Assembly: GCA_977020255.1 (NCBI GenBank)
Contig: CDROCS010003742.1
Span: forward strand, 496,001 to 560,000
Direction of reading: 5' to 3'
Source of the DNA: Obrimoposthia wandeli
Taxonomy: Eukaryota
DNA length: 64,000 nt
Positions 20,494-31,559 of the stretch are shown in pieces. The notes under the pieces were generated by a model, which worked only from the letters and a program-made list of their open reading frames with translations, searched no databases and was not told the origin of the DNA. Every line of letters begins with the position of its first letter. Positions within the stretch are counted from its first letter, which is position 1. Both the position numbers and the translations under genes were made by a program.

Positions 20494-22988
20494 ACAATCC
20501 AGGGATGCAGAAGAAATTGAGTGGCTCCAATCCATCGTCAGCAATGGCCTTGGTCCGGAATGCTGTAAACACGTCTGCTAGAAGGTAGACGTCCATCTTC
20601 ATATAGACCAGCATATAGTCCCAGATCGATGAGCAGCCGCTCTGAGTCCAGACCATCTTCGCCATTTCATATTGTGCTGGCTTGATCTTCTCATCCCACT
20701 TTGGCGGTAAGCTGGTGATTGCACGAAGAGCACTATCTGATACTGCCATATCGTATGGGAAGATTCCCTTGGCGCTCACCAGATGTTGCGGGAAGACCGA
20801 ATGTGTAAGAGGAGTCACACCCAGGTTTTCCACAAGTTTTTCAAGTCCGCTGTTCAAAAATTGAAGGGAATCGATGAAACGTATACAGACTCCTCCAATA
20901 TACACCATCATAGCCTGGCATTTCTCTGTTGATTGAGGTATAACAGATACATTCCAGTCAGGAAACTTGCACAGTGCGTGCTTCAATATGTGGTGCATGT
21001 CATAACCCATAAGATTGTGAAAAATGACGGGAAAAGATCGATTAATTCTCCTTGATAAGTTGCATTTTGCATGTGCAGCTCCCAGGTATTCGCCAGTCAT
21101 GTGATCGTGATCTCGAACTTTCTTTGTAAGTTTCTTCTTACACAGGTAACAGATTCTTGCTGCATTGAAACTCGATACCTGTTCCTGTGTGAGTTGTCGC
21201 ATCACCTCGATCGCATGCTTTTTGTACCATGGGAGTACAACCTATTTCGCCAAGTCCTCTAATTTCTGCAAAAAGGATACCACACAAGATTCCCCAGTAA
21301 AGACCGAGTAATCATGTGTGTACCCTCTCGTGGCTGCAACGGGAGACATGAGCATACCAGCCGAGATTGGAAGCTGAATCTGATGGTGGATTCCATGCGG
21401 CGGCGGCACAGCCTCAAAGTCCGCGTAAACAGCAAAAGGCGGAGAAATTGTTTTCGAAAAGTCCTTAAACTCTATATGCTTCTCTGTAGGCATTGAATAA
21501 AGTGTTGTATGATCTAAATTCATCCTACAGAGTGGAACGTGTTTGGCGTAACTTATTGGTCTCCGGAAGCCATGAAGACACTTATGGCACCAAGTACACT
21601 GGATGCGATTAGATACACCTCTGTTCCTATAATTAAGCAGCCTATTGAGTTTAGGAATACCGACATAATGAAAATTATCATTATTTTCTAAAAGGAGAAG
21701 ATTGATTGGTTTAGCGTCTGGGTTTGTGGTTCCGTAAATGACATCCACATAGGGATTTTTGAAGATATCCCCATCCGTTTGCACATTAGAGAACCTATTG
21801 AATGTAAATACGTTGATTGAGAGAGATAGATTCTTTCTCTCAAATCGCGCTATATTACATAGACGCATCGGCATCTCATTCTCATCAAAAACTAATTGAC
21901 TCAAAAGGGCATCATATTACTTAACCCGCTGAGGATTAGTGCGAAATACGTTGCGGAAAAGTATAGATAAGATACTATAAAGAAAGCAAAAAGTGATTGA
22001 GTTCTGCACATTGATAACGCAATGTGAGAGTGCTAACTCAGATGGAGTAGGTATATAACTACTCCCCTGGAGATAGTTCATTGTTGTTGTTTTAGTGACT
22101 AAAACAACAACAAACGAAATCTCCAGGAAGCGGTTCACTACCCAATTACTGCTACTTTGAGAATAATTCTCAATCTTCTTGTTGATCCCATCTACTCCCG
22201 CATCTATAAACCCCTCATCTATGGGGAGCCCTCTATTGGAAAAATTCCAAGCGCGTGTTTCTCCAATATTGGAAAATTCAACACGCACCCCGAATTGAAC
22301 CTTGCAAGTTGCAAACTTGCTGACTGTGTCCCTTAAGCTAGTCAAAAGTGATACAGGAACTTGTAAATCGATGAGATTGTCATTAGAAACATCTAATGAC
22401 AATGTCTCAATCGTGCCCCGAAGACTAGTCTTACGCTTAACAGCATTAACCCTGGACAACTTCGCAACAGAGCTACCTGAAGTGGGCATAACACCTCTCT
22501 TGCGGGTAGATGCTGGTAACGGCGCGGGGATCATACCAACTGGAGGAGGCATAACCATTGTAATTGGTGCAGCAGATGGTGGTGAAGCAATTGGGGCAGC
22601 AATTGGAACAGCAGCAGCAACTGGGGCAGATACTGGAACAGCAATTGGCAAAGCAATTGGCAAAGCAATTGGCAAAGCAACAACTGGACCAGCAACCCGA
22701 TCTTGAGAAATAGTAGCAGATCTATTCTAAAAGATGGCCTTCTTGCCACGTTGCTGGAAATGGCGAAGATGGACATGATGACGCGCCACAAACTCCGGCC
22801 AATCAATCTCCTCCGCGGAGAGACATACTGGACATACGTAGAATTGTTGTCCGTTGAACTTCTGTCCAAAGTAGCTCTTTATTTTTCCGTCACATTCCTT
22901 GTGACTCTCCTAGAAGCATAAATGTTTGTTCATATTGCAATTCTAGAAAGAAAAATAATGAATATAGAAATAACAAGAAACTTACCAT
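20494..22988 (-). pseudogene. Outer pPolB N-terminal part with ATG-only first exon
   Basis: ATG(22988)|43-nt GTAAGT...TTCTAG|NCNMNKHLCF*ESH...YVCPVCL. It continues through VINVQNSITFCF, YADFEA, CYLC...HDH and LNFFCIPGL with stops and frameshifts near 21917, 21904, 21242 and 21205. Confidence 0.9.
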
Positions 22989-23119
22989 TTTCAATTTCGT
23001 TTATAATAGGGGATTATTTGTTGATTGATGCTTGCTTATATACTATTTTCGAGCTAGTATTAAGCCAATCAGATTCATTCATTATTTAAACCAACCAGAT
23101 TAATTTAAAACAGAATAGT

Positions 23120-23629
23120 TTACTGACAGATGTGAGTAGTTGAATTTTCATTAATATTTAAATAATCCAAACTAGCTGCAAAGCATTTCTTGTATGCACA
23201 ATGCTCTCCATGTTTAATATATGGACAATTGATATTTGATGGATTTAATTGTTTTAATGTTTTCGAGTAATTTATCACTCTAAATTCAGGAAAATATTTA
23301 TTGATTGTCTTTATTTTAGCTCCATTATTTTCATCTAAAACATAGAAAATTGATTTGGATACATCACAACAACGTTTTATTTCCTCAGTTATTTCTTGTA
23401 TCTTGAAATAACTATTACCATCAACTAGTTTTAGTCGATGGTAATGCTTAATGAGATATCTATTTATTTTTCTTGATTTTCTATTCATCATGTCCTATAT
23501 GGGTTGCATTTTAAAAACATAAAGTTTAGGATAGAAGATTGCATCCACATCCATTATACATAGTTCTTTTATTACAAATTCAGTATTATTATCAATAAAA
23601 GCTTCAAAATCAATAAAATAAACAGACAT
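23120..23629 (-). pseudogene. Outer DEDD-like protein homolog
   Basis: MSVYFIDFEAFIDNNTEFVIKELC...QPI*DM...CPYIKHGEHCAYKKC; one premature TAG. Confidence 0.75.
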
Positions 23630-23667
23630 TTTTTTATAGCAGTAATTTTATTTGATATTGTTTATAT

Positions 23668-24045
23668 CTATTGTTTATGCTTTAACCAAAGCAGACAGAG
23701 TTGTCCACATGACTGTGTTAAAACATTTTGATAATGTTTCTTACTAAAATGTACTTTCTTTCCAGAGTCAAGTACTGTAGATACTAATTTAGAAGGGTAA
23801 TATATCCCAAAGGGGTCAAAAACAAAGTTTTCATTTTCTTTAACATGTATTGCAATCCAATGTTCACCACGCAAATTAGATGAATGTGTATTGATTACAT
23901 ATCCACCTAGTCGAGTCAAAGAGGGAATGTGATCAAGGCTGTAGACTCCATTGAAACGCGAACCGAGTAGTTTTCTTCCGCTTTTTGTTATCTCGTCCGA
24001 ACTAGAATATATATTAATTAATAAATTCAAAATGACTTACTTCAT
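23668..24045 (-). CDS. Outer maturation protease; inferred exons 24045-24041 and 24001-23668
   Basis: ATGAA|GTAAGT...TTCTAG|T gives MNSDEITKSG. GEHW, FDPFG, YQN and SCG are intact. Confidence 0.88.
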
Positions 24046-24076
24046 TTATATATCTTCTTTATTGTTTTCATTCTGT

Positions 24077-25828
24077 TTATACTATCACTGTTCCTCCCTT
24101 GGTAATTTGAACCTCAGAATCGAATACTCCATAGATTATAATATTAGTAGGGTGTTCAAGTGCTTTTGAAAACTTGATTTCTACTTTCAAATTTCCCTGT
24201 TTAGGGATTTGAGCTTGATTAATATCGAAATCAGGAGAGAGAACAAATGTGAACAGTGTATACTTGTCCTTGAAATCAGTCATTGAAATTCCAATATTAG
24301 CATCCTTATCCAAATGACCAAGATTTCTAATTAAAGATTGCACATAAGAAAACACATAATCATCGTTTTCAAAGTCATTCGTATAAGATTCTTGATAATC
24401 AATATTTCGTGCAAGTTTAATTGAACTCACATTCATGTGTCCAAATTGAGAAACCTCATTTTTAGACTCACCTCCATAGGTAGAAGTGTTTTGGAAAGCA
24501 ATTAAAACAAAGTTTGGAAGTTGCATATCACCAAAAATCTGATCCTTGTAATAAAATAGTGCCCCCGTAGGGATAGCGTGAGAAACAATATTAGTTTTTC
24601 TAATAGGATAACATGCATTTTGCTTCTCCTACCCTATTCGATGTGCAACGAGTACAGATGGTTCCACCTTTACTCGTCGAACCAGCAGTTTTGCTTCCGT
24701 AATCTCAATTGCGGTTTTAATAGTATCGTCGCAAACAACATTAAAACCTACTGGATTTCTCTTCATTCGAAAATGTGCACTTACACCGGGTAAAAGATAC
24801 TTTGGTTGCTGAAAAGCTAATATCCAACTAGGTTCAGTATATCCATGCCACTTAACATGATATTGTTTATGCTTTCCTCTACCTTTTGTCTCTAAAATTT
24901 CTTGGATTCTATATACATTTGGTTTCTCAGGCAAGACTTGTAATTCCTCATGATAAAATTTACCCGTGATTACATTATTGGTTTCATCCTCAATGAAATA
25001 CATTACCGGCATACGTTTATTATCAATTTTAGTTATACGAAATACTTCATCGCTCCAATTCTCTTTGAAATTCTTTATAAAAGGAGTAGTACTAATTTGA
25101 GAAATACGTACATAATCAGCAACTTTATACTTAGGTTTCCGCGCAACTTGACTTTGGTTACGGCGTTGCCAAATTTCCATAGCATTCTCATCTGTAACAT
25201 CAACAGGTCTTTTCCGGTCTAATGATGAGTGTTCACTATGATTGTATGCATGTATTATTTGAGGTAAATCAGTAACCCAGGACTTATTTCCCTGCTTTGT
25301 GAAATACTTTTTCAATCGATCTCTCAATGTTCGATTAAAACGTTCAACTAGGGCGGCTTTATATTGGGAAAATACTGAGTAATGATTAATATTATGTTTT
25401 TTCAATAGTGTTCCAACATGTTTATTATAAATCTCCTTTCCACTATCCGTTTGGAAATTTCTTGGTTTTATTTCTTTAATCAAAAGCTTCATTGCGGCTA
25501 AAACATCGGTACCAGACTTAGACTTTAATGGAATAGCTCGCACAAATCTGCTAAAGACATCAACACAAGTTAAAATATATCGATATCCGTTGTTAATACT
25601 AGCATACGGAATCATTTCCATCAAATCTGCTTGCCATAAATCATTCGGGCCGCTCGTTTTGTATGATCTCGTTGGGAACCGACGTCTCATTGGTTTGTTT
25701 AAACTGTAAGCTAATTGATTTCTCAACCACGCCTGAGTTTCCTTTTCCCCCTTCTTTGTTTCTATTACTAATTTTGAAACTCTCGTGTAACCAACGAGAT
25801 GACTTGGATCGAACCATATTTTCTCCCT
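24077..25828 (-). pseudogene. Outer integrase fused in frame to the C-terminal 60 percent of MCP by an internal deletion
   Basis: VKWHGYTEPSWILA|FQQPKYLLPG...VRRVKV...RIG*EKQNACYPIRK...LPNFVLIAF in one frame. The integrase start reads AGG at 25828 where the inner element has ATG. Confidence 0.9.
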
Positions 25829-25886
25829 TACAACAAGACGATTTGATTTTTATATTGAATTTAGGAATAGATAGAAGTGATCCCAT
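25641..25886 (-). CDS. Outer MG...SSCC small protein
   Basis: MGSLLSIPKFNIKIKSSCCKG, overlapping the integrase start as in the inner element. Confidence 0.5.
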   Translation of the reverse strand: MGSLLSIPKFNIKIKSSCCKGENMVRSKSSRWLHESFKISNRNKEGGKGNSGVVEKSISLQFKQTNETSVPNEIIQNERPE

Positions 25887-25925
25887 ATATAAATTCATAT
25901 TTTTGATTCGAATTTATGTTTATAA

Positions 25926-26318
25926 TCATCTTTTTATTAGTCTACTAGCAAGTGCACCAACTATTGAGCTAATAATTGGTACGAGAACTCTTAAAAATCC
26001 ACCATTTGGCTTATAAAGCAACCTACGTTTACCGATTCATGTTTTGCATGAAACAAAGCAAGTAGAGGTTTCTTATGTCGATTCATGTTAGCCTTGACAA
26101 TTATTTTACCAGAAACTATTTTCTATAGTAGAGAATGATTTAAGAATAACTGGGCGGCGAATAGCAGGTGCACGCATGAGAGAATTGAAATAGGCAATAC
26201 TCCTAGATTTCTTAACAGCAGTTCTTTTCGATTTTTGAGCAACCATTTTCCTTGCACTTAAAACTGATTTAATCAATTTTTTAACTTCAGGTTTAACAGT
26301 TTCCTTTTTAAAATTCAT
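25926..26318 (-). pseudogene. Outer basic core-protein homolog
   Basis: MNFKKETVKPEVKKLIK start and PNGGFLRVLVPIISSIVGALASRLIKR end, joined across two frameshifts. Confidence 0.7.
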
Positions 26319-26959
26319 CTTCTCAAAACTGGTTTCTTTGTTTGTTTATAGACGGTAATTCCCGATGGATTGAATACATCAGTTCTAACTCTAAAGTCAT
26401 CGGGACAATCTTGAGTAAAATCAATAAAAATGTATCCATGAGGAATAGTAGTTGTATCTTGAAATGAATCAATTAGGAACTTTCTATTATTCGGGTAAGC
26501 TTGTCTTGAAACAAAATCAACAACCGTCTGATCACGTGGATTCTTGAAGAGAACAAGGTAATTTACATTTAAATTACGAGTTCTATGATTCCCTCCTTGA
26601 TGAAATAGATTTTGTGTGATGAAAATAACAGTTACTTCACGATGTCGTGCTATTTTAGTGAATAAATTATTGAAATCACTCTCTTTATTTGCTTCTTGAT
26701 ATAAATCATCAATAACAATAACATCATGTCGTTGTAATCGCTCAGACCAATTATCATCGAATCCATTAATGACTTTTATATTTTTGATTTTCTTAAACTC
26801 TTTACTGGTTAAACCAGCTTTTCCATCTCCTCCCTGATGCCAGTATATTTTATTAAACTTAAAAGTAAAGTATTTATTATTTTGCAGTAATTTACATACA
26901 AAATGTGTTTTTCCACTAGGACCTACAATCTGAGAAACTGAATTATTTTTTAAGTTCAT
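26315..26959 (-). CDS. Outer packaging ATPase with damaged Walker A
   Basis: Closely similar to the inner ATPase, but GPSGKT replaces GPSGSGKT (6-nt deletion). Confidence 0.9.
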   Translation of the reverse strand: MNLKNNSVSQIVGPSGKTHFVCKLLQNNKYFTFKFNKIYWHQGGDGKAGLTSKEFKKIKNIKVINGFDDNWSERLQRHDVIVIDDLYQEANKESDFNNLFTKIARHREVTVIFITQNLFHQGGNHRTRNLNVNYLVLFKNPRDQTVVDFVSRQAYPNNRKFLIDSFQDTTTIPHGYIFIDFTQDCPDDFRVRTDVFNPSGITVYKQTKKPVLRR

Positions 26960-27002
26960 ATTAAAAATATTAGATTATCGGGATAATGTTTATAAGACAA
27001 AA

Positions 27003-27287
27003 CTATTTAAAATATTTTATTACGAAACATCCAGCAACAAACAATAAAAAACTCTTCTCGTAGAAAAAGCTCCTTTTCTCTTCTTTCTTTGCACATTCTT
27101 TCTTCTGATTGTATCCCTGAATGAGAAGATTGACTGCCTTGTCATGAACCATTCTTCTTACGTGCTCCTCCAGGGGTAGATTTGAGACATCAATGAGTTT
27201 CAGGACATCTGGTTCTATGACATTCTTCGAGATGAAGCTCTTCACCGCCTTGTCAACATCTTGCTTGAAATAGTTTGGAGTAGACAT
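27003..27287 (-). CDS. Hypothetical 94-aa protein with C-terminal hydrophobic tail
   Basis: MSTPNYFKQDVDK...SFLLFVAGCFVIKYFK. Confidence 0.5.
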   Translation of the reverse strand: MSTPNYFKQDVDKAVKSFISKNVIEPDVLKLIDVSNLPLEEHVRRMVHDKAVNLLIQGYNQKKECAKKEEKRSFFYEKSFLLFVAGCFVIKYFK

Positions 27288-27460
27288 AATGATGATGAAG
27301 AAGTAAAAAGTAATCTGCTTATATACTATACACCTGAAATCTGATTGGTTAATAAATACACTGACTAATAAAGACACTAAAGACACTAACTAATAAAGAC
27401 ACTGACTAATAAAGATACTGATTAATAAAGACACTGATTAAAGATAAAGACGAATAAAAT

Positions 27461-28276
27461 TTACACATGATAACGATTAAAAATACGTATTTGATGAAGC
27501 ATAGCTTCATTAGGAGCAGCAATAGTCCGTTTAGCTTTAACAAGATTCGAAGCAGCAGTAACACCAATCGAATGAGATAAAAATGCAATAACAATGCAAG
27601 CAGCATGTAAACTACCATAATGACCACATACTAAAATCTTACCACCATTTTCGATAGTTTCTTTAATTATATTATTAGTCTGTTTATAATACTTCATTAT
27701 TGTTTCTCCTAATTTTGAGTTTACAAAGACAGAAGTATATTTTAATTTCTTATAAGATATTTTATCCAGTATATATGTATTGATTACATGAGTGAAATTG
27801 GAGTTCAAAAGATTAGTTTCATCAATCCCATCTCGATAATTACCAATATATAATTGATTTACTAAAATCTCACTCATCGCGGTTTTGTTTAACTTTTCTA
27901 CATTAAGTTGAGTAAATCTAGCACTAAACAAACTATCAAAAAGATGGGTCATGTGGTTCATTTCCATACTCGAAGCATGAGCTATTATGGGTTCCATAAA
28001 AGCCAAAGCATTTAAAAAATCTATCCGTCTCTTATCTTCAATAATTGGATCTATAATAATTTCTTCTTCTATCGTCACTTCATCAATAGTTTCTTCTCTT
28101 CTTATAACTGTTGTTGTTGTTGGTGGTGATGATGTTACTGATGATGTTGCTGGCGATGATGTTGCTGGCGATGATGTTGCTGGCGATGATGTTGTTGGCG
28201 ATGATGTTGTTGGCGATGATGTTGTTGGCGATGATGTTGCGCCTGCTGGTGGTGGTGTTGAATTGATTTTCTCCAT
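27461..28276 (-). CDS. Dual-specificity-phosphatase-like protein lacking the HCx5R signature, with Ser/Thr/Pro repeat
   Basis: EILVNQLYIG...FTHVIN...IKETIENGGKILVCGHYGSLHAACIVIAFL...VKAKRTIAAPN matches the DSPc layout. The N-terminus has (TTSSP/ATSSP)n. Confidence 0.8.
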   Translation of the reverse strand: MEKINSTPPPAGATSSPTTSSPTTSSPTTSSPATSSPATSSPATSSVTSSPPTTTTVIRREETIDEVTIEEEIIIDPIIEDKRRIDFLNALAFMEPIIAHASSMEMNHMTHLFDSLFSARFTQLNVEKLNKTAMSEILVNQLYIGNYRDGIDETNLLNSNFTHVINTYILDKISYKKLKYTSVFVNSKLGETIMKYYKQTNNIIKETIENGGKILVCGHYGSLHAACIVIAFLSHSIGVTAASNLVKAKRTIAAPNEAMLHQIRIFNRYHV

Positions 28277-28302
28277 TTTATCAATTCCGAGTCAATTTAC
28301 TC

Positions 28303-28549
28303 TTATATACTAAGGTTTGATTTCATTGGAGCATCAGTTTCATCATATGATTTGATTGGAGTATTATTCAACCTTTCCATTGTACTTAACATCTCATGTA
28401 AATGTAGTTGATGACGTAACCTAAAGAGTTAAATAAACTACATATAAATATTACTCATGATTATTTTTTCTAATTAAAGCATTAAGAATAACTGAAGCAA
28501 GATCTTTTAATGCATCCTGAACCTCTTTACATTCAATAATTTCATCCAT
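28303..28549 (-). CDS. Candidate two-exon 70-aa hypothetical protein
   Basis: ATG at 28549. A 34-nt GTAATA...CTTTAG intron (28454-28421) joins MDEIIECK...NNHE to LRHQLHLHEML...SNLSI* in frame. Confidence 0.4.
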
Positions 28550-29241
28550 TTTATGATAAAGCAAATCAAATATTGTTTATAACCCATGAAAAATCTATTT
28601 TTAGACCACATTACAACTATTTGCAAGTAATGACATGTGATGTCTTTGTCTCTAAGATAAATCTATTTGTAGACAACATTATAACTTTTGCAACATTACA
28701 ACTATTTGCAACTATTTGCAAGTAATGACATGTGATGTCTTTGTCTTAGTATAAACAATATTTTGATAATGATTTTATTGAAAATGGATAATCAAAATAA
28801 TCAAAATAATGAAAGTAGAGCTAGTACATATATAGGTTCCGGTAGTAATTTATATTCTAATATGAATTATAATAGAAATAATCAGAGAGAAAATATTAAT
28901 CCATCAAGTCAAACAATAACAAGTCCTACGCGCGTAACCGAAGAATGTGAGCCCTTTAAGGATATGACTAATACTAGACGATTTTCATAAACAAGAATGT
29001 TAACCAATTGAGACTAATCGATTTTCATAAACAAGAATATCGACCAATTAGAATCGAGCTTTAGAGGATAAACAATTGAATATTTCAATTTATAATTGTC
29101 AATATGAAATTCGAAAAGCTGTATCAACCTATGCATACATATTATGGATATGAGATGCACTTTTTGAAGAAAGCTCATAACTAAAATTTTATTTTCCCCG
29201 TCAACATTGAGTCGCTTAAATTTGATTTTGAAATATCAAAT

Positions 29242-29493
29242 TTGACTTCTGTGGATAAAGAGAGAATCAATATTCTCTTGACTCAATTCGGAATCAACTA
29301 TACGCTTCAGGAAAACAAATTCGTAATCAAAGGATCAACTGCCACTTTCAAGCATGAGAATGGAACAATATACGAAGCACCTTCTCATAAGCTAGAATGG
29401 ATTATCTCAATCAGAATTCAAGGATGCAAGATCGGGCCCAGTGGATTGGAAACTCCGATATGGAAAATAATTGATGCTGTTAGAGTTGACTAA
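29242..29493 (+). other. Hypothetical ORF remnant in outer element
   Basis: Open frame SVDKERINILLTQFGINY...DAVRVD with no ATG; probably the end of a disrupted gene. Confidence 0.3.
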
Positions 29494-29565
29494 TAAATTT
29501 TTGTGTCTTTATTTGTATTATTTTATTTTATATATATAAACAATAGTGATACTTTAATATTTATT

Positions 29566-29920
29566 ATGAAAATGACTAAAAAACCTACTAAATCATTAAA
29601 GTCGAAAAAGGTTAAAAAGACTATGAGTAAAAAGAAAATCATGGAGGGTTTATATATTCATATGATGGCAGCAAATCTTTTAGGTAGATGGTTTGGCGGA
29701 GTTGATAAAAAAAGCTATAAAGCACAAAAAGAATGTGGATTACATGAGAGGTATACAAAATCAGAAACGAGTGCAAAAAGGAGATGGTATACAAAAGGGG
29801 GATGGTATGCTTGATATTTTTGTAAAATTAGATAAACTTACAAAAGCATTTGAAAAGGATCCTAGTGCCTATCTTGGTCCAAAACTAAACATTTTAGCAA
29901 ACCTACCGAAAACTTTGTAA
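29566..29920 (+). pseudogene. Basic protein with duplicated QKGDG motif, split over two frames
   Basis: MKMTKKPTKSLKSKKVKK... and ...VQKGDGIQKGDGMLDIFVKLDKL, resembling Polinton structural precursors. Confidence 0.4.
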
Positions 29921-30011
29921 TTACATTGCAATATAGATACAGTACGTCTTTGTTAGACACTCACACATATATATATATATATATACATGTATAAGAATAA
30001 ATGTAGTACTT

Positions 30012-30894
30012 GTTACATAAAGATGCAAGTATTTGAAATATAGATGCGTGACTGTCTTTGTTAGATAGATATAGGAACGTTTAAACATTATTATCAAATT
30101 ATATAATACTTTATTTTATAAGTAGATAGTTTAATTTAATTTAGTTTAAATAAATTTATCAAATTATATAATACTTTATTTTATAAGTAGATAATTTAAA
30201 TAAATTATAAAACACACACACGAGATGTCTTTTGGTGAATTGGTGTTAATACCACCTTTAGATAAAAAGATATATAGATTTAAAGTATGTTACTAAAAAT
30301 AGAATCTTTTTGACCTCACCTTGACCTTAAGTTGTCCTCATGACTTCATGACCTTAACTTGACCTTAAAGTACAGTAATTATTCACTTATAAGGGGTCCC
30401 ACCTATAAGGGTGTCCGGTCACCGAAAATTTCACGCTTCACCTATAATAGTACCTTTCCAAGCTTTTAAATAATGCATCTATAAGAGATTCGGTGTCGGT
30501 CTCTCTCAAAAACATGTTTTAATGAATACCCTTACAGGTGAATAATTACTGTACATTGTCCTCATGACGTCATGACCTTAAGTTGACCTTAACTTGCCTT
30601 GACCTCATGAGGTCATGACCTACATCTTGTCCTCATCGCGACCTTAAGTTGTCCTCATAACTTTAAATAAAAAATCATGTGTACTCGGGAGAAATTTGAC
30701 CTACATCTGTCATAAAATATTTGAGTTCAAAAATTTTCGCGCAAATTTCAAAAAATTTGAGCTATATTTCAAATTTTCCGCGGAAATTTCAAAATTTGAC
30801 CTAAATTTTTTGTCCTCATCAAAAAATTTGACCTAGATTTTTGACTTGTCTTCAGGGGGGGGTCTTTGAGCTAGAAGTCACACATCTACCTACT
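30012..30894 (-). repeat. Outer Polinton right TIR
   Basis: Inverted copy of 5362-5948, with a MITE insertion. Confidence 0.9.
30373..30551. mobile_element. 179-bp Tc1/mariner-type MITE
   Basis: CAGTAATTATTCAC...GTGAATAATTACTG TIRs with TA duplicated on both sides. The empty site is visible in the left TIR (caatgtactttaagg, about 5614). Confidence 0.9.
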
Positions 30895-31117
30895 ATTGTT
30901 GAAATGAGATTGTGTAATGTAAAAGTAGTTCAAAGAATTCAAAGATTTTGTTCAATAATTTTGCATGATGTTTCTTTTTGACATCTCACGTAGATACATA
31001 GAAATTCAATTTTAAAATACATAAAGTACTTTATAGACTCCCAGAACATTTTCGAAACAAATAGAGAAAGATCTCCCCGACAATGCCAAAGAGTCCATGC
31101 CAGACTAATGACAATGA

Positions 31118-31470
31118 TGAACAGGCACTAGGGGACTCCGGGACTAGGGGACTCGGGGTCTAGGGGACTCGGGGACTAGGGGTCTAGGGACTCGGGGACT
31201 AGGGGACTCGGGGTATAGGGGACTAGGGGTCTAGCGGACTCGGGAACTCGGGGTCTAGGGGACTAGGGGACTAGGGGACTCGGGGACTCGGGGACTAGGG
31301 GACTCGAGGTCTAGGGGACTAGGAGACTAGGGGACTAGGGGACTAGGGGACTAGGGGACTAGGAGACTAGGGGACTAGGGGACTCGGGGTCTAGGGGACT
31401 AGGGGACTCGGGGTCTAGGGGACTAGGGGACTCGGGGTCTAGGGGACTAGGGGACTAGGGGTCTAGGGTC
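31118..31470. repeat. 9-bp G-rich minisatellite (GGGGACTAG/GGGGACTCG/GGGGTCTAG)
   Basis: Direct reading. Confidence 0.95.
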
Positions 31471-31559
31471 AGCAACATTACCGGGAAAATGAAATCTGCA
31501 ACATTGTGTTTCTTCACGACACTGATGTTATTATTTCTGATCCCAGTCAGCAGTTGTCC

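Larger units (their letters stand above)
5362..30894. mobile_element. Outer Polinton/Maverick element, decayed (about 13.5 kb without the nested Polinton)
   Basis: Starts AGTAGGTAGATGTGTG at 5362 and ends CACACATCTACCTACT at 30894. ATTGTT flanks both ends (5356-5361, 30895-30900). It contains pPolB, ATPase, integrase, MCP and protease homologs with stops and frameshifts. Confidence 0.95.

Noticed and set aside
6300-24640. TAG recoding in the outer element (many premature stops are TAG)
   Set aside because: The aligned residues in the inner homologs differ (Leu, Trp, Lys, Ser), TAA stops and frameshifts also occur, and the inner genes end normally. Decay explains it.
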